Assembly: GCA_048128005.1 (NCBI GenBank)
Contig: JBEUKZ010000038.1
Span: 124,001 to 188,000, forward strand
Source of the DNA: Veleropilina oligotropha
Taxonomy: Eukaryota
Direction: 5' to 3'
DNA: 64,000 nucleotides
The position numbers and the translations under genes are program-made. Positions 47,842-58,702 of the stretch are shown piece by piece (within the stretch, counting starts at the first letter, position 1; each line of letters starts with the position of its first letter). The notes below the pieces were generated by a model. That model saw nothing but the letters and a program-made list of their open reading frames with translations. It was not told the origin of the DNA and did no database searches.

Positions 47842-49387
47842 GTATTGTTCCATTGATTGATCAATTTGCATAATTTACTGACGCCATTTTATTTTCGTTG
47901 GCCGAGCTGTGCTATGAAATAGACACCTATGCGGCAGTTCAATGTCTGTTCATTTCTTAAAAGCATTTTAAGATTTTGTACTTTACATGTCATACCTGAG
48001 TTTTGACAAAGCCAGATTACATTGAATTTAATAAAACAACTTGATAATTTGCACGAATCTTAAAAAGATTAGGGTTCAATATTATTATGTTCTTCGCTGT
48101 ACGAACATACGATGTTCAATACATTGAAAATATTTTGATTCCTTAATAAATTTATTTTAAGTAACATGTCGAACATTTTAGCGTCCTTAAAATTTATTTT
48201 AAGTGACATGTCGTCCATGTTAGCATTCGCAAGTTGGTCATGCGAATTACTTATTAATATCGATTATTTATAATAATCTATTAATTCTTTGCTTTGATTT
48301 AAAGCTTTCACAACCTGTTAGGTTCCGTGTGCTTACAAATCCGACTGCATCCTCTGGTTACCGGCCTATAGGCCCGGAGTTCCATTTGGCTGCCACTGGT
48401 CCATGACACGTAAGCCCTACAGGGATTTATCCTTCCGGCCGTGCCTGGGGCTGATTGCACTTCCGTTCACCTCGTCCGACTAACACCACGGCGTATTCTC
48501 CCGGTAACACTGGTCGAAATTCTCGCCGGGTAAGAGTAGAATCTAATACTCAGTAAATTCAACTCTGGGCGGACACAATCGACGCTTCATGCTGATTGGA
48601 AGGGTGAAAAGTAAGTCATTATCTTGTTTGGGTTTGCTGTAAGGAACGTCTTACCCACCTATCCAAGGTTATTCTGGCAAGAGTAAGGACGTAAGTATGT
48701 TTGTAACTACATATGAGGTTTTTAAGTAAACCTAATATTAGTATAAAACATACTTACGTCCTTACCACGGTTACCCACCCTGCGTTCGCATTCCTCCCCT
48801 CTACTACGTTCCTTTGGGGTTTTTTGAACTTTGAATTGTGGTCTTGTGACTTCGACGGTTCTGAAGTCGCGCGAGACTTGGCGAGATCTCGCTGGGGGAA
48901 CGTAGGAGAGGGGTAGCAGGGGAGGTAATCGTGGTACGTTTTGACTTATAAATAGTGCATGATGTGACATATTCACTGTTTCCGGTTAGCGATAATATAG
49001 CTATTATGGCAAGAGTAAGGACGTAAGTATGTTTTATACTAATATTAGGTTTACTTAAAAACCTCATATTTCCTTGTCCAAGTGAAATCGCCGAGCTTTG
49101 GGGGCGAACGCGAGACTCTGCCACCAGAGTTCTGTTAACAACCCACTGGGCCACGACGGTACATATTATCACGAGAGGAATTATCGCCCTGGGAATCCCG
49201 CCCTCTCCGGCCAGTTATGGACAACTGCGATCGCTAACTGAACAAAGAATGTCATAGCCCCAATCGAGCCAGTGATTTCAGAGTCGGCACTAGAGACCAC
49301 ACGACTACCGGAATAAAATACCACTTTTGTGATTGATAATACAGAACTAAATTTGAATCTTAACAGCTTTTCTTACTTTATTTTCAG

Positions 49388-49516
49388 CATGTCCACCTGG
49401 TAGCTATGGCAACGAATGTCGAGGTCGTTGCAAGTGCGGCAAGCATTACGTCTGCCACCATATAACAGGCGACTGTGTGTGCAAACCGGGACACAAAGGG
49501 AAACACTGCGCCCGAG
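49388..49516 (+). CDS. MEGF6: MEGF6-like exon, laminin-type EGF (last recognisable in window)
   Basis: ttttcag|CA ... G|gtgagt; 129 bp. Confidence 0.9.
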
Positions 49517-50861
49517 GTGAGTCCTATAGGCTATGTTCCTTCACTTTCATTGTGTATCAGATGTGAAGATGGAGGGCATCTCTGAAAGATGCTATGATCG
49601 GTCATGACGTTGAATAATTTTTTTTTTCATGACTCGTTGAGAGATCGTGAGACCGAGTGCATGCAATGGTTGCCGACAAGACAATGTCTCCTAGATGCGA
49701 TCGTATGGTGTGCTGGGCAGTTTCACCATAAACATTTTCATTGCTGTTAACATTATTATACATGAATACATCCATCCATATTTCCCCAGTGATCACAAAA
49801 CAAATACCTGTCTTATCATTGTTAGTACATTATTGGCTGGACATAGACAAGTTTTACGAGAATCATTGTAATTATTAATTAACTCTTTTTCTATAATATT
49901 TTTGTATCATAATATATTTTGTATTAATATGTGAAAGATCTGCAATGTAATATAAATAATTATGTATGGGAAATATATCCTACCATACAGCAGTTATACG
50001 CCATCAGGTAATTCTTGATACGTACATCCAAAGAACATGGTGCCGGACGAAACATATGTGAAGTCGTCATCACAAGTTTACAGGACCCCTGAACACTGTC
50101 CTGTGTACGTTTATGGTATCTACAACCAGCTTCTGTCATGTAACTTCTGTAATCAAGCAACCTCCATGATTAAGACGGCACTTCAAAGCCATCTAATATG
50201 TAATGAACGTTTTCTTGAAAATGCAATGATGATATTTAGGATATATCCTATGAACTTGATATTCCAACAAGGCACATTGCAATTTGTCTATTATAAATTT
50301 TGCACTTTTGATGAAATTCTCAGTGTTGAGATATTAATAATTTGTTACATTCAAGAATGTAAAATCCATGAAATTAATAATTTAGTTCGGCCATGTTATT
50401 TTGATATATGGAGGTGTGCTTGGCATTTGACTAAATTAGGGATAATGTCATCTTTGTTTGTTGCATTGCAGATTTTTCTCTGTTTATTTGTTATTTAGGA
50501 TTTAATAACATTGATAATCACCTATTTACACGTTGGTTGCTAACACTGTCTGTTTTGTATTTCATTGTTCACGCTGGTTGCTAACACTGCTTGTGTTGCC
50601 CTTCAATGGTTGGTGGCTAACATTCGTATGCCTGCTAATGACTATTATTTTGCATGCTGCGTAAAGGAAAGAAATATAGGAAATTTAGGAAAGGAAAAGG
50701 AAAAAATCGACAAAAGTGGGGAAAAACCGAGTCAGGTAATTCCCTGGCCTTGATGATAGATAATTATCGCTGTTAGATACGGATTATCATTGCATCCATG
50801 GTGCACATATCGCTGTGTCATTATTTGTGAACACCTAATATGGTAAATTTACATAATCAAA

Positions 50862-51117
50862 GGGCCGCTTCGGTAGCGCAGTGGGTAGAGTGTCCACTCT
50901 AAATTCACTGGCTTGTTTCCGCTGACGCGAACAGTAGTGGGATCGACCCCCGATGAGGCAGCACACATTTGTTCAAGTTATGAAGCACAGTTGTCCGTGA
51001 CTGGCCGAAGAGGGCGGGTTTACCCGGCGACCGGGGTTTCCTCCCGCGATAACACGGACATGTCCTGCCTTGAACCGCGATGTTATAAATATACAGGACA
51101 TTAAGCATAATTCCTCC
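50862..51117 (+). mobile_element. tRNA-derived SINE (young copy)
   Basis: GGTAGCGCAGTGG A-box, GGGATCGACCCC B-box-like; TSD acataatcaaa/acataattaaa. Confidence 0.88.
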
Positions 51118-51840
51118 ACATAATTAAAATTACCACACACCCAAATATGACTGCGTAGTCATTAAAATTCGTTTCAATGAATAAACATAAGCACAATTAA
51201 TTAAATGATAACCATCATACAACGAGAGTTATTACTAGACAACAGGCAAAAGTGCTCATGAAAGTAAACAAAAGTTTTGCAGAATAATGAATAAATACTG
51301 ATTACAGTGAAAATCATTTGTAAAAGTGTTTAAATAATGACTACATGTAATAGAAAAGAATTCAAATTCTTCTTGATAACATTGTTCCAGAAATCAAAAG
51401 TATGCAAATTTGCAGACATATTTATAAATCCAACATTTCAATAATTTTAGGTGTGTTTCTACTGCAAACATCAAATATATGTGACATCTTTCTAATATAA
51501 GTAACTTTTAATTAAAAGCATTAATTTTGGTTTATTTCCATTTTCATATAACTTCAGATTTGGTTTCATAACAGACACTAAGTTTGCAACTGCTGACGTA
51601 AAACAATAACGATAAATTTCTTCATGATAGCACCATAAAATTTATTGAAGTGTTTTAATCAATTGTATTAATTTTATTCTTCCATTTATTCTCCTGGGCA
51701 GCCAATGGTGGGTTTCAGTGCATGTGAAATGTTGTGCTGTTGATATAAATATTATAGTGAATCTGAGTAATGTTTTAAGAAATTGATATGTATATTATAA
51801 ATTGTTCACAAATCTTAATTGGATGGTTATAGATATAAAA

Positions 51841-52814
51841 TTATTGTATCCCCGAAATTTAACATTTCGGGGATAGTATGGTTTAGGCATCGTTCAGCCG
51901 CCACAGAGATTTCTTGTGTGCGTTCTACAGCGAAAGGTTCTAAGCTGATTTGATTCAAATTTGGAATGCATGTCAGTTATGATGAGGACACGCCACCTAA
52001 CGATTTTCGTCGTTCTCAGATCCAAGATGGCCGCTGTGGCGGCTATTTTGTTTGGAGAGATTTCTTGTGTGCGCTCTACAGTGAAAAGTTACTATCCAAT
52101 TTGATTCATATTTGGTATGTGCATTCGTTATGATGAGTACATGCTGCCTAAAGATTTTCGTCGTTTTCTGATGCAAGATGGCCGCCATGGTGACCATTTT
52201 CTTTGACGAGATTTCTTGTGCACGCTCTACAGTGAAAAGTTATTATCCGATTTGATTCATATTTGGTATGCGCTTTAGTTGTGATGAGGACATGCCGCCT
52301 AAATATTTTCTTCGTTTTCGGATCCAAGATGGCCGCCTTGGCGGCCATTTTGGTTGATTAGATTTCTTTTGCGCGCTCTACAGTGATAAGTTATTATCCG
52401 ATTTGATTCAAATTTGGTATGCATGTTAGTTGATGAGGACACGCCACGTAATGATTTCCGTCCTTTTTGAATTCAAGATGGTCGCCGTGGTGGCCATTTT
52501 ATTTGAAGAGATTTCTTCTGTGCGCTCTACAGTTAAAAGTTATTTTACGATTTGATTCAAATTTGATATCTAGACGTTATGATGGGGATACGCCGCCTAA
52601 TGATTTCCTTTTGTTTTCGGAGCCAAGATGGCCGTCGCGGCGGCCATTTTATTTGAAGACATTTCTTGTGCACTATCTACAGTGAAAAGTTCTAATCCGA
52701 TTTGTTTCAAATTTGGAATACATGTTTGGTATGATGAGGACACGGTACCTATTGGTTTTTGCTACCGTGGGAGGGGATACATCCCCGACTTGCTGGGTCG
52801 AAGATTCGCTAGTT
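51841..52814 (+). mobile_element. HINE-like element, ~150-bp core x6, related to the 10856 element
   Basis: tgtatccccgaaa..tttcggggata hairpin, caagatggccgc core motif, CTAG-TT end. Confidence 0.8.
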
Positions 52815-53470
52815 AATGTTTGCAAAGTTTCAATCCTTACAATAATCATATGTAAATATTAAAACCTTTGCCGAATGAACATGATTACTAAATACGTCTA
52901 TCTAACCAAATGTCTATTGACACAATTTTCCTATTAAAGCCTCTTCTTGGACAGTTCCGGGGTTTTTGCATGATGGTATGTGGTACTTGCAGCAATGCAC
53001 TGTTGTACACCTTTTTTGGTGATTGAATATGAGTTTCCTGTATATTATTTGTATGTCACTTTAGATATAACATGCATGCATGTTTGACATACTATTTGTT
53101 GTTCGAGTGCTATTTAAGCGTAGAAAAGTGTATATTTGCATGTAACCATTGTCCATCATCCTCGTGTTGTCCTTGTGTTGTTTAGTGTTTGGATCGTATA
53201 GTTGTACACGAGTTTACCGGACGTATTATGTTTCACACACATTGAGCAGGTCGGTGGATAGAGAATGTCCGAACAATAACTTGTCAATGAGTTCCTTTCG
53301 TCCAATTTTCACCAAAGGCGATAAAGAATTTTGTACTAATAAGAGATATAGGCCATGTTCGATAACCAGCATCATCGAACCCTTAGAAACAGACTTATGC
53401 TCTAGAATTACGTGAAATTGACACAATGCACTCCAGGGTTCTCCCCGGGCACTTAAAAGGTGGCGGGTGC

Positions 53471-53540
53471 GCCACCCTATGACCCTTCCCCGCCACCCTA
53501 TGACCCCTCCCCTGCCACCCTATGACCCCTCCCCGTCACC
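53471..53540. repeat. ~21-bp C-rich minisatellite x3
   Basis: gccaccctatgacccctcccc. Confidence 0.8.
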
Positions 53541-54559
53541 TTTTTTGTCCCCTAAACGAAATTTGGGGGCATATAGTGTTGCACACATCCGTCCGGGCAT
53601 CCGAACTTCGTTTCCGGGCAATAACTTTTGAATACCTTCATGGATTTCAATTAAATTTGGTATGCAAGTGGATAATCATAATAGCTAAGTGGAGATCGAT
53701 TTCGGTAAATTTCCGATGTCACATAAGGGAGTTATGTCCCTTGATTGACTTGGAAACATTTTTTCATTTACGGGCAGTAACTTGAGAATGCCTTCATGGA
53801 TTTAAATTAAATTTGGTAATCACGTGTATGAGCATAATAGCTAAGTGGAGTTAGATTTCGATAAAATTCTGCCTTCGCATAACGGAGTTATGTCCCTTCA
53901 TCAGCTTGCAAGTTTATTTTCCATTTCCGGTCGATAACTTGAGAATGCCTACATGGATTTAAATTAAATTTGGTATTCACGTGTATGATCATCATAGCTA
54001 ATTGCAGTTTGATTTCGGTAAAATTCTGAGTTCACATAACAGATTTATGTCCCTTGATCCACTTGCAATTTCTTTTTCCATTTCTGGGCGATAACTTGAG
54101 AATACCTTCATGGATTTAAATTTAATTTGGTAGACACGTGTAATATCATTGGAAAGAAATTTTATGCCCGGCCCCCTGCAAAATGAAGTATGGAGAGTAT
54201 TTATTGTTACACATCTTTGTCCCTCGAATGCTTTAGATTCTGCACTATATTCAGGCATTCATGGATTCAAATTATGTACACATGTATATCAGAATATCTA
54301 AGTGGAGTTTGATTTCTATAAATTCCTAACTTCATTTAAGAGACCTGGCTTTTAATTAATTTAATTTTGTTTTCAATTCTGGACGATAACTTCGGAATAC
54401 ATTCATGGAATGAAACTATATTTGCAATATAGGTGTATACATTATTAAATGCGCAAATGCAATGTTAAGATAGTTATATGGCTGTTCACTTCAAATTTCT
54501 TTCATTCCTGGGCAGTTGTTTCAGTGGGGGCATTCGTGTCACTCTGACATATCTAGTTT
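53541..54559 (+). mobile_element. HINE-like element, ~158-bp cores
   Basis: cccctaaacgaa..tttgggggcata head; gggggcattcgtgtcactctgacatatctagtt end. Confidence 0.8.
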
Positions 54560-56439
54560 TGCACAAAATGACCACCATTCCAGATGTTCACCCCATAGAA
54601 GCCATGTATTTAATATATATACAATATATATGTACATATACATGCATACAAACATACATTCATGCATAACTACATACATACATACACAAGCGCACGCGAA
54701 CACAACCGACCCCTCCGCGACATAATTCCCCCGCCTTATAATTTCAATCCGGGGAGAACCCTGCACTCTGTCTGATTGATAACTCGGAACAAATTTCATG
54801 CATTCATCACTAAACTTAGCAAGGATGTTCACTGTTTGTAAGAGTTAACATTTTATGGGTGGACCTAATGTAAAAATTGTCTCAAAATATGGTGATTACG
54901 TACACAACCGGTAGAGCATATGCTTCATTCATGAAACCTGGTTATTTGTAACATAAACTGTGTTTTTATGTCTTGACCTTTTTATGCCCCCTAAACGAAG
55001 TTTGGGGGCATATAGTGTTGCACACGTCCGTCCGTCTGTCCGAGTAGGCGTCCGTCCGTACTTCGTTTCCAGGCTATAACTTTAGAATGCATACATGGAT
55101 TTAAATGAAATTTGGTATGCAAGTGGATGATCATAATAGCTAAGTCAAGTTCGATTACGGTAACATTCCGAATTTCCATTAAGGAGTTATGCCCCTTGAT
55201 TCACTTTTAAACATTTTTTCATTTCCGTACGGTAACTTCAGAATGCCTTCATGGATTTGCATTAAATTTGGTATTCACATGTATCATCATAATACCGAAG
55301 TCAAGTTCGATTTTGGTAACATTCCGATTTTCCATAAAGGAGTTATGCCCCTTGATTCACTTTGAAACATTTTTTCATTTCCCGGCGGTAACTTCAGAAT
55401 GCCTTCATGGATTTGCATTAAATTGGGTATTCACATGTATGATCATAATACCGAAGTGAAGTTCGATATGTAGTTACAAACATACTTACGTCCTTACTCT
55501 TGCCATAATAGTCATATTATCGCCAACCGGAAACAGTGAATAAAGTCACATTTAGGCACTCCTTTTAAGTCAAACACTACGATTACCTCCCCTGCTCCAC
55601 CTCTCCTAAGTTCCCCCAGCGAGATCTCGCCAAGTCTCGCGAGACTTCCGAGCCATCGAAGTCACAAGACCTCAATTCAAAGTTTTCCGCCGAGACGGAA
55701 AGAGGTGTTTTTGCTCCGCAAATATTTCGAATTTGTCTGCGATTTATATGATTAAATCGAGGACGCTATTATAACTTATATACATGTTATAAGTTGTGGA
55801 ATTACACTGTGTTGTGGATAGTTAAACACAAGTGAATAAGGAGATTGTGATTCTAAAACTTCGAGAAGTTCTGTAAATCAAGTGAAACCGACATCGCCGC
55901 TGTTGCAGGGGAAAAGCATGGCCGCTTAGAGGGGAAGTTTCGTGTAATAAGAAGAAATTTCTGGTCGGTATTTTTATCTGATATTGTTTGAGACTGCAAA
56001 CAGGTAACTCATTATATTGGATAATTCCTTAACGACGCTATTGCTGGTTATTATTGTATAAAAATTCTAGCGTCGTTAATAGGCAGGATCGTTTAGATAT
56101 CACTATTAGTTATTCTGATATCCTGCCGTTTCTGGGATAATACGCCATTGTACTAACATAAAAACATCCACAAGGTTTTCAGGTGTTTTTCTGGGCGGTT
56201 TTTTCTAAGAAAGAACCCCCGTTTGTTCTAGTCAATTTGCCGGGTTTTTTACCGGGTCGTGCCGGGTTATTACCCGGCCTCGGTGTTCCCAGTTCGGGGT
56301 TTTTTGCGGTATATCGCCTGATCTTTGATCTTCAGATCACGGCAATTTTGAGAGTTGTTGTAGTAAAAGTCACAACTACCATATATATACTTATTTAACT
56401 ACCCCGTCCACCCACTACCACCCTCCCGTGTATTCAGCT

Positions 56440-58702
56440 ATGGTCCGGTGCAGTAGCTCCGGGTGTAGCCAGAAGATTCACGGCTTTGATAAGCACACGG
56501 AATGCCGTATTCACCGTAGTTGTAGTAAAAAACATCAATGTGATCTGTGCTTTCTTTTATCAGAGAAGCAGTGGGCGGTTCTATCCCACCCGGGTAAGTC
56601 GACCAGGGCGACTGCCACGGTGGGTCCTCCCCCGGAGAAGGGTCAGGAAGAGACTGGTAAGTTAAGGGATAACGTTTCTTCTTTGTCTGCTTCAGGGACG
56701 CTGGACGACAGCCGACGTAAGGTACCGTCTGTCGCCGGATCCACCGGCGAAACCTCCGCGACTCTTGGGGGAGTCGCCGAAACCTTGCCGGGACCCCAGA
56801 TTCAGGTAACGGCCCGAGTGCCGACCGTTCCTCCTCAAACGGGCCTAGTAGCTGCAGCCAACCATACCTTGCCGGCTAGCAAGGTATATCTGGCAGCGCA
56901 GCGAACAGCTGAGCAGGGCAGACGATCCCCCTCCTATTCTTCGGCCTCGAAGAATCCGGGGAAAGTTAGTCCTTCTGCGGGAAACTCTCCGTTTAACGAC
57001 GGGGAGCGACCCAATGAGAAAGCCTTTAAAGAGGCCGGACACCATTACGATGGTCTAAGATCCGGACAATTGGCGACACCTGAATCCTCGATCGAGACCG
57101 ATGCGACTACCCCTAGGGGTTTTCCGCTCAACCTCGAAGCTCACGAGACATTCAGAGGGCCCGTTCTTTCCCGTGCACCCACGATGGTCACACTAGAGAA
57201 CGTGGACAGACCGGCTGCGTTCGGTGAGGGGTTCTACGGCGGTTTTCCGACCGTGCCTCTATCGAACAGAGTGGTAGACCGATACGGACTGTTGCCGCAG
57301 TCCTACCGGTCGTCCGGCCCACCGAACGCGCCTCCGGGCCGTTCTTTCGGGTTCGACCGCTCGACAAGTGCCCTGGGACCCTGGTCCTCGGATCCACCTG
57401 TCCGTGCAGCCCGTCTACCTAGCGCCACGGTTTCCTCGACTGAACTACCGGCTGTTAGTTCGACGCCCGTCCTGCCTCAGGGTTTCTCTTTGGAGAACGT
57501 CCAGGCATGGATCGCGGCGGGGTTCGAGGAACAATGTAAGGCCTGGCCGACGGCTCCCCAGCCGCGCCTGGTACCTACATATCTGCCCTTGGCGCAGAGC
57601 ACGGCTCCTGCCTCCGTGATGGAAATCGACCCTCGTTCCGACGAGGACCTCGGTTCCAATCACTCCGACCTCCCTGAATCGGTCGTGCCCGAAGACGTTA
57701 GTCTTTCAGGCACGCAGGAGCCGACCTCCTCCACCCGCCGAAGGCTCGACGCCGTTGCGTCACTTCGCGGGGTGCTTGGCCTGCCGGAACCGACTCGGTC
57801 GGCCGTAGGTTCAGCCAAGCACAGGACGGCAGCACATCGGTTTGTTGAGAGGGAAGCCCCCGAGCTTCCCTCCTTACCTCAGTCTGGGCTGGTTGATCTG
57901 GTGGTCGACTCGACAACCAAGCTCATACAGGGGCGCAATCCGGTGGAGTCCTCCCCGCTGACCGAGTTCCCTTCGGGGTTCCGTAGTGGGAGGTACCTCC
58001 GGGCCAGTTCGCGTTCGATCCCGTTCGCCTGTACTGGTCCGTGCCTGGCGACTGAGCCGGCTCATGTGGCCGGCTCATGTGGACGCAGCGTTGCGTCGAC
58101 TGACCGCCAGTCACACTCCCTCCGTGGCGAAAGTTCCTTGGTCCGCCTTGGAAGCTTTCGAGAGCGCCGCCCGACGGGCTCTGCGGCTGTCGTCCGTTCA
58201 GGATTTTTTCTTGGACGGCGCGATAGCCGTACTACAGGAGGATGGACCCGGCGCCTGTGAGGCTGCCCTGTCCTTCCTCCAGGAGGTTGCTGCCGCACAG
58301 GAGACCAGCGCGTTGGAGACGGGACGTGTCCTGGGCAATGCACTCCTACTTCGTAGGGATGCTTGCCTGGAAGGCACCTCGCTAGACGAGGCCACCCGGC
58401 GCTCGTTGCGATGCGTGCCTTGCTCGGCCGCCACTCTTTTTGGCGACAACTTTACGGAGTTCGTCGACAAGAGAGCGGCGGACATGAAGGACCGTGCCAT
58501 CGAGAAGGCGGTACTGCACCCTACCCGGGGTCCACCTGCCGACTCGAGGAAGCGCTCAGGGCCCACCCGGACCCCGAAGCCTTCTAAGCGTGCGAAGCCC
58601 TCTTCGGGTGGTAGGCCTCAGGCCAATAAACCCACTCCGACGAGGCGAGCACCTCCAGCGAAACCCCGTAAGCAGAGCGGGAGAGGGAAGCCTCGGCCCT
58701 AG
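56440..58702 (+). pseudogene. DIRS copy 3 gag, frameshifted by 13-bp tandem duplication (58056-58081)
   Basis: gccggctcatgtg x2, single in copies 1 and 2. Confidence 0.88.

Larger units (their letters stand above)
41621..49066 (+). mobile_element. DIRS1-type retrotransposon, copy 2 (all ORFs intact, diverged subfamily)
   Basis: Matching ITRs, ICR ~48675-48766 complementary to both termini, three open ORFs. Confidence 0.97.
3980..49516 (+). other. MEGF6: MEGF6-like gene (partial; 19 core coding exons, EGF/cbEGF repeats, linker, then laminin-type EGF repeats)
   Basis: GT-AG exons chain in compatible phase. Spliced product contains 'DGQSCY-RIEMEVVDTC..NNG.C' and 'CC...NNPGGYTC.C..G..L..DGCGC', which I recognise from MEGF6, then a Pro-rich linker and many 43-aa laminin-EGF-like modules. 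5' exons outside window; last exon not resolved. Confidence 0.85.

Noticed and set aside
50037..50498. 153-aa ORF
   Set aside because: AT-rich, no recognisable domain; probably UTR or intron.
50862..50960. tRNA gene
   Set aside because: tRNA-like head continues into a shared body, simple-repeat tail and TSD in several copies, so it is a SINE.
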